A DNA stretch of 56,752 bases, counting the filler, from Sluysia triapertura (taxonomy: Eukaryota): NCBI GenBank assembly GCA_046118255.1. It is 4 parts of 4 records of this genome, joined end to end, with 100 filler letters (N's around TTAATTAATTAA, not from the genome) between each part and the next. Parts side by side here need not be neighbours in the genome. Positions count along the whole stretch, not along the records: positions 44,084 to 56,752 come from JBJNIA010091012.1; 3 more parts are not named here. One strand, 5' to 3'. The translations under genes were made by a program, and so were the position numbers. Under the pieces are notes generated by a model. That model saw only the letters and a program-made list of their open reading frames with translations, was not told the origin of the DNA and did not search any database. Below are positions 52,446 to 56,752 of the stretch, one piece after another. Position 1 is the first letter of the stretch. Each line of letters begins with the position of its first letter.

Positions 52446-52982
52446 AGAATAAATTAAATTAAAATGAGATTAGTCGACCTAAAATTCTAAGTTTTGATAG
52501 CTAACGTTCTCCTACATATTATCGGAATTGAAGGTTAATTGAAGTATGTATATTAAGATGGATTTGTTTGAATGTAATAGAATTGATAAAAGCTGAGGTT
52601 TGAAATATGTGAAATGAAATGGTGATTGGATATGGCTTGTGTTTTAAGATTCGCTAACTGTGGTGAGCTTAACTTCACAATGACATATTTTACCTTCAAG
52701 GCATAACATGCAAAACATATCAGCAATCAAAATTCAACAATTTTTAAACAACAATTAAATTAAAATATTTACAACAACCTAAATTCAAAATAATAGCAGT
52801 TTTCTACTTCTTCATTCCTTCATATACTTCCAAATTTTCTCACTATTTCACGTAAATAAATTTTTATTCTTTATAATTGTTCACTTTCATTGTTAACACT
52901 TTTTATGTTCAACAATATTATCTAATTGCTCGTGGTATTGTTATTTTTATTCTAAGTATTATTTCGCTTTTCAACTTATTCT
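52446..52982. repeat. AGAATAA...TTATTCT-bounded unit with G/T-rich left half and C/A-rich right half
   Basis: Same 7-bp ends and similar length (537 bp) to 34536-35069; skew flips near 52670; internal homology not established. Confidence 0.4.
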
Positions 52983-53737
52983 AACAGTTTTTATGTCCAT
53001 CAGTTATGTATTATTTGATAATTCACAATACTACAAGTCATAAGTTCATTACAATTCTTTATTATTACTTTCTTTTTCATCCAATCAATTACTTAGTACT
53101 TATTATTTCATAATCTACTACATCAAAAGCAAAAATTCTTTATTATTACAATTAATTTAATTTTATTTTCATTCAAATAGAAACTTACATAATTTTTCAT
53201 CCATTTGAAGTAGTAGTAGTTAAAAAGGTACTAAAAAAACGTAATAATTACTTCTTAGCAGTCAATAAAAATTGATCAATTAATCGATTGTTTTAAAAAT
53301 TTTTAACTATTTATGGCTGTAACGTTTTATAAATGTTAAATGTAAAGCACGTTTAATTTTTAATACGCTTATTCAATTATTTCACATTGAATTGCACTTT
53401 AGAAGATATTCTTAATCTCACATGAAACTATGAAACAAATAAGTTTATTTTCTTGATATAATGTTTACAAAATTTTGATAAATTTGTTAACAAATTAAAA
53501 AAACATTCAATTTAAAACTCTCAAAGTGGGAAAGTTTGTTTAAAAATCTATTATTTTTTTAATACTTAGCTGTTACAAAGAACAATTCAATTTATTTGTG
53601 TATCTGTTGTTATAACAATGCACGTTTCTCGTTTGGCTATTAAAGAAGTGGAAATCTCGGGCTACGTTCTAGTTAAACTCAAAGAATCTTCCTTTTTTTG
53701 TGTTCATTCGTTACGTAGATTTTGTTTTAGGGTTACT

Positions 53738-53895
53738 TGTTAGATTTCGTAAAATGGACTGACCGGGGATCGAATCCGGGACCATCGTCTGCGCAGTCGA
53801 TGCTCTACCACTGAGCTATCAGCCCTATCTAACAATTTCATTTTTAATATATTCAATTATACTACTTGGCACTTTTTAGGCCTTTTATACCAACA
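53738..53895 (-). mobile_element. tRNA-bearing TG...CA element, copy E (tRNA-like 53755-53825)
   Basis: Close to copy A; core GGGCTGATAGCTCAGTGGTAGAGCATCGACTGCGCAGACGATGGTCCCGGATTCGATCCCCGGTCAGTCCA; no TSD. Confidence 0.9.
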
Positions 53896-53960
53896 AAAAT
53901 AAAATTTCTTCAAATAAGTCTATTAGTTACAAATCATTTTATGAACATCAAGATAATAAT

Positions 53961-54660
53961 ATGCTACCTATTATCAATTCCAGAACTAAGAAGCAGATTG
54001 ATTTATTAGAAATTTTAATATGGTATCATAGCGAACTTCAACTTTTAAAAGAACCTAATATACTTCCTAATGTAAAACACTGGCTGAGTTACTTTAACTT
54101 GAAGTATGATTCCCTTAGTAACGTTAAAGTCATAAATCTTAACCTTGACTAACAAGATTTTTTATTGCCAAAGTCAAGAGTAGTATTGTTGATAACGATC
54201 ATCAATAACGATTATCAACGCTTATGTCAAATCCAATTTACGAAAGTGCTAATGAAACAAGTATGATCGATGCATGCTTATCAGCAAATCATATATGCCA
54301 TTTCAACAAACACCATAAAGGTCTATTAAAACAAATACGGAATCCTTAATTACAAACGTACAAGAACCAGTTTATTAATCGAATATAAGTACGGAATTTA
54401 TTCCTATCTGAGTGATATCACAATACGTAAAGCACAGTGTCCTTACCAATCAAATGCTTATGGAGAATGTGCCACTTTTGGAAAATTTTGTACCTTTTAT
54501 CACAATATATTTCAACTTAATGGAGATGACTATGAAGTTCATCAACAAGTCAAAGTCAGTGATCTTCAGAATCTTCCAAAGCACGAAAACACTAAATCTT
54601 GCTCAGATTTCACAACAGAAGTCTATTGCAATATGAGTCTAATAAAAATTAATATAAACT
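53961..54660 (+). pseudogene. Frameshifted intronless ORF with CCCH-type zinc finger
   Basis: Frame not shown in the ORF track reads YLSDITIRKAQCPYQSNAYGECATFGKFCTFYHNIFQL (C-x9-C-x6-C-x3-H). Confidence 0.65.
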
Positions 54661-55975
54661 TTTCTATCATTTTAGTTGTAGATATTACTTATTATATGTT
54701 TAAAAATAAAATCTTTCATAGTGTTTTAATCTTTTATTTGTATGAAGAAAATTTTAAAGAAAATATCATTTTAAATCGTTTAAAGCATGAATTTAATAAT
54801 GTCTTTTATTTTTTTAATTCAGGTAAAGGTAATTTATACTTTTCTTATTGTATATACTTGACTTTAACACCCTTAAACACAAAAAACATATTGAACTTAA
54901 TATCAAAACAATTGATACCAAACGTATGTCATCCAAAAACTATAACCCCAAACACAATTTAATTCTATACAACTAAAATCATATTCGTTTCAACAACACA
55001 CAATAATTCGTTACAACCGTTTTTATATCTTATTTCTTTCCAGACCCACCAAAATCAACTTCTATTTTTCAAAAACATTTTAAAACCTACCAATTACATT
55101 CAAAAATCAACATAAAACAATATCGAACTAAATCAACACATTGTACATAAAACCATACTCTCTAATATTTTAACATTCTCATATTTATCTCCTCTACATC
55201 AATTAAAACAATTTATCCGCTTAAGTCAACTTAAACCCACATTCTCTTAACAGGCAAACCACAATTATATTCAATTATTTATTGACATTAAAAAAATCAT
55301 CTAAATATTTTATTCTCCATTTCTCAACAATTCAATCACAATCACATTCGAGATTAACTAACAAATATCTTCAAAGCAATCTAAACATTCTAAATTCATG
55401 ATCTGCATCATTTAATTTTCTACAACACATAAAGACATCACTACTTAAACATATCAAGAAAATAAATCACATTTCAACATCGTACAATCACCTTTTGTAC
55501 ATAATAAAAGTTAAGATATACTAAATTTTAGTACGTAGATACTATTTTGTACATACTATTTTCTTTGCATTTACTAAACTACACCCTTATAACATATTAA
55601 TAATCATGATCTATTAACATTTTCAGTTAGAAACATTATTTCATATAGAACATTAGGCTTAATTATCTAAAATTTACGTAAAACTAGAAAACAGCAGTTA
55701 AAATCTATATTAAAACGCGTTACACATTTTCTTAAAACATAAACATCACAAATTCACAATTCTGTAAGCTTCATCTTTTTTTAAGTCTAATGTGCTCAGA
55801 AGGTGAAGAATAAAAGACAGATCAAGTATAAAGTTCTTTTTAAAGATAAAGAATTTATGTATTTATCAATAATAATAACATTTTTGTTATTATTATTACT
55901 ATTACCATTTTAATTTTCATTATTTATTTTCGGCTCAATTTATCAAATACAGACGAATAATTAACTGGGAAGCTG

Positions 55976-56115
55976 CCATCATCAGCAGTGACATTTTTCA
56001 TTAACATTTATAATTTAATATCACTGTTGATGATGGTTGGCATCACAGTGTAATTTAATCAATTTTCATTTTTGTATGTAATTTATGTGTTTCTATTGGC
56101 TGTCCAACCAGAATA
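55976..56115 (+). promoter_or_regulatory. Stem-loop plus CCAAT-like box, homologous to 22300-22474
   Basis: Arms 55976-55991 and 56021-56036 pair 15/16; ctattggctgtccaaccagaat. Confidence 0.55.
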
Positions 56116-56292
56116 AGTATTACTGCTTTTATCATTTTATTAATCACGATACCTTATGAAATTTTTACTGTAACAAAATTTTTCATAACTACAAAAGTCC
56201 CAAAACAAATTTTGATTACTAAATAAAACGTGGTGAAAAACAAAATAAAATTTTGTATAATTTGCTTAGAAATAGATCAGATACAATAAATA

Positions 56293-56481
56293 ATGGATAT
56301 ATCCACGTGTTCATGCATTTCTGACTATGATTGTTCCGAAAATGGTAAAGATTACGATCACGAAGCTAACGATTATAAACACGATGATTATAAAGGTAAC
56401 TATTACAAAGTTAAATACTATAAAGATGATGATTACCAAGCTAACGATTATTAAAGATGATGACTATAAAGTTAATAATTA
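56293..56481 (+). pseudogene. Start of an ORF with degenerate 15-nt (xxDYK-like) repeats, frameshifted and cut by an LTR-like insertion
   Basis: MDISTCSCISDYDCSENGKDYDHEANDYKHDDYKGNYYKVKYYKDDDYQANDY*; repeat continues in another frame. Confidence 0.35.
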
Positions 56482-56752
56482 TGTTGGGATTAGTGAAGAA
56501 TAAGGGTTGATATAAGGGTCAAAACTTCGGATAACAGAATAAGTTGAACGTTATTAAAGAACTAAGACGAGGCATTATGATGAAGTGCAATAGTAAAATA
56601 ACTATAGAAAATATTTGAATCAAAGTAAAATAATGAGATATACGAAAAAATAACCCTGTAAAAGGTTTGCTTTGTTAAAACATTAAAGTACATTTGTTAA
56701 TTAACTTAATTAAAATTGGTTTAATTTAATAACTCAATGGAAATGTTTGCTC
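56482..56752 (+). mobile_element. LTR-like repeat homologous to 90-401, truncated by the window end
   Basis: TGTTGGGA start; long alignment with the reverse complement of 140-401. Confidence 0.7.

Noticed and set aside
53755-53825. Ordinary functional tRNA genes in copies A-E
   Set aside because: The anticodon arm is malformed and differs among copies, and all sit in the same mobile unit.
56340-56470. FLAG-tag-like DYKDDD peptide suggesting vector contamination
   Set aside because: Degenerate AT-rich 15-nt repeat with no exact FLAG sequence or vector context.

Overview
Very AT-rich eukaryotic (probably animal) genomic scaffold with four assembly gaps, dominated by decayed mobile DNA. The only confidently intact host gene is a 3-exon CHCHD7/COX23-like twin-CX9C gene (42179-42487, minus) with 30-nt and 36-nt introns. 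Recognisable relics: an intronless CDK-like pseudokinase/pseudogene with internal tandem repeats; L2/CR1-like and R2/NeSL-like non-LTR fragments; Tc1/Tc3, hAT and piggyBac elements; Maverick/Polinton pPolB fragments next to a divergent TBP-fold gene; and two diverged Ty3/Gypsy 3' ends. Most unusual observations: (1) five copies of a ~130-163-bp TG...CA element with 4-bp target duplications that carries an internal tRNA-like Pol III cassette and does not fit a classical SINE; (2) two Gypsy relics sharing a ~440-aa extra ORF of unknown function downstream of integrase; (3) a dispersed family of intronless ORFs ending in a CCCH-like zinc finger, some preceded by a stem-loop plus CCAAT module; (4) an AGAATAA-ended repeat whose core is complementary to the 3' end of the tRNA-like RNA in (1). 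All translations and alignments were done by eye; family assignments rest on recalled motifs, not database searches.
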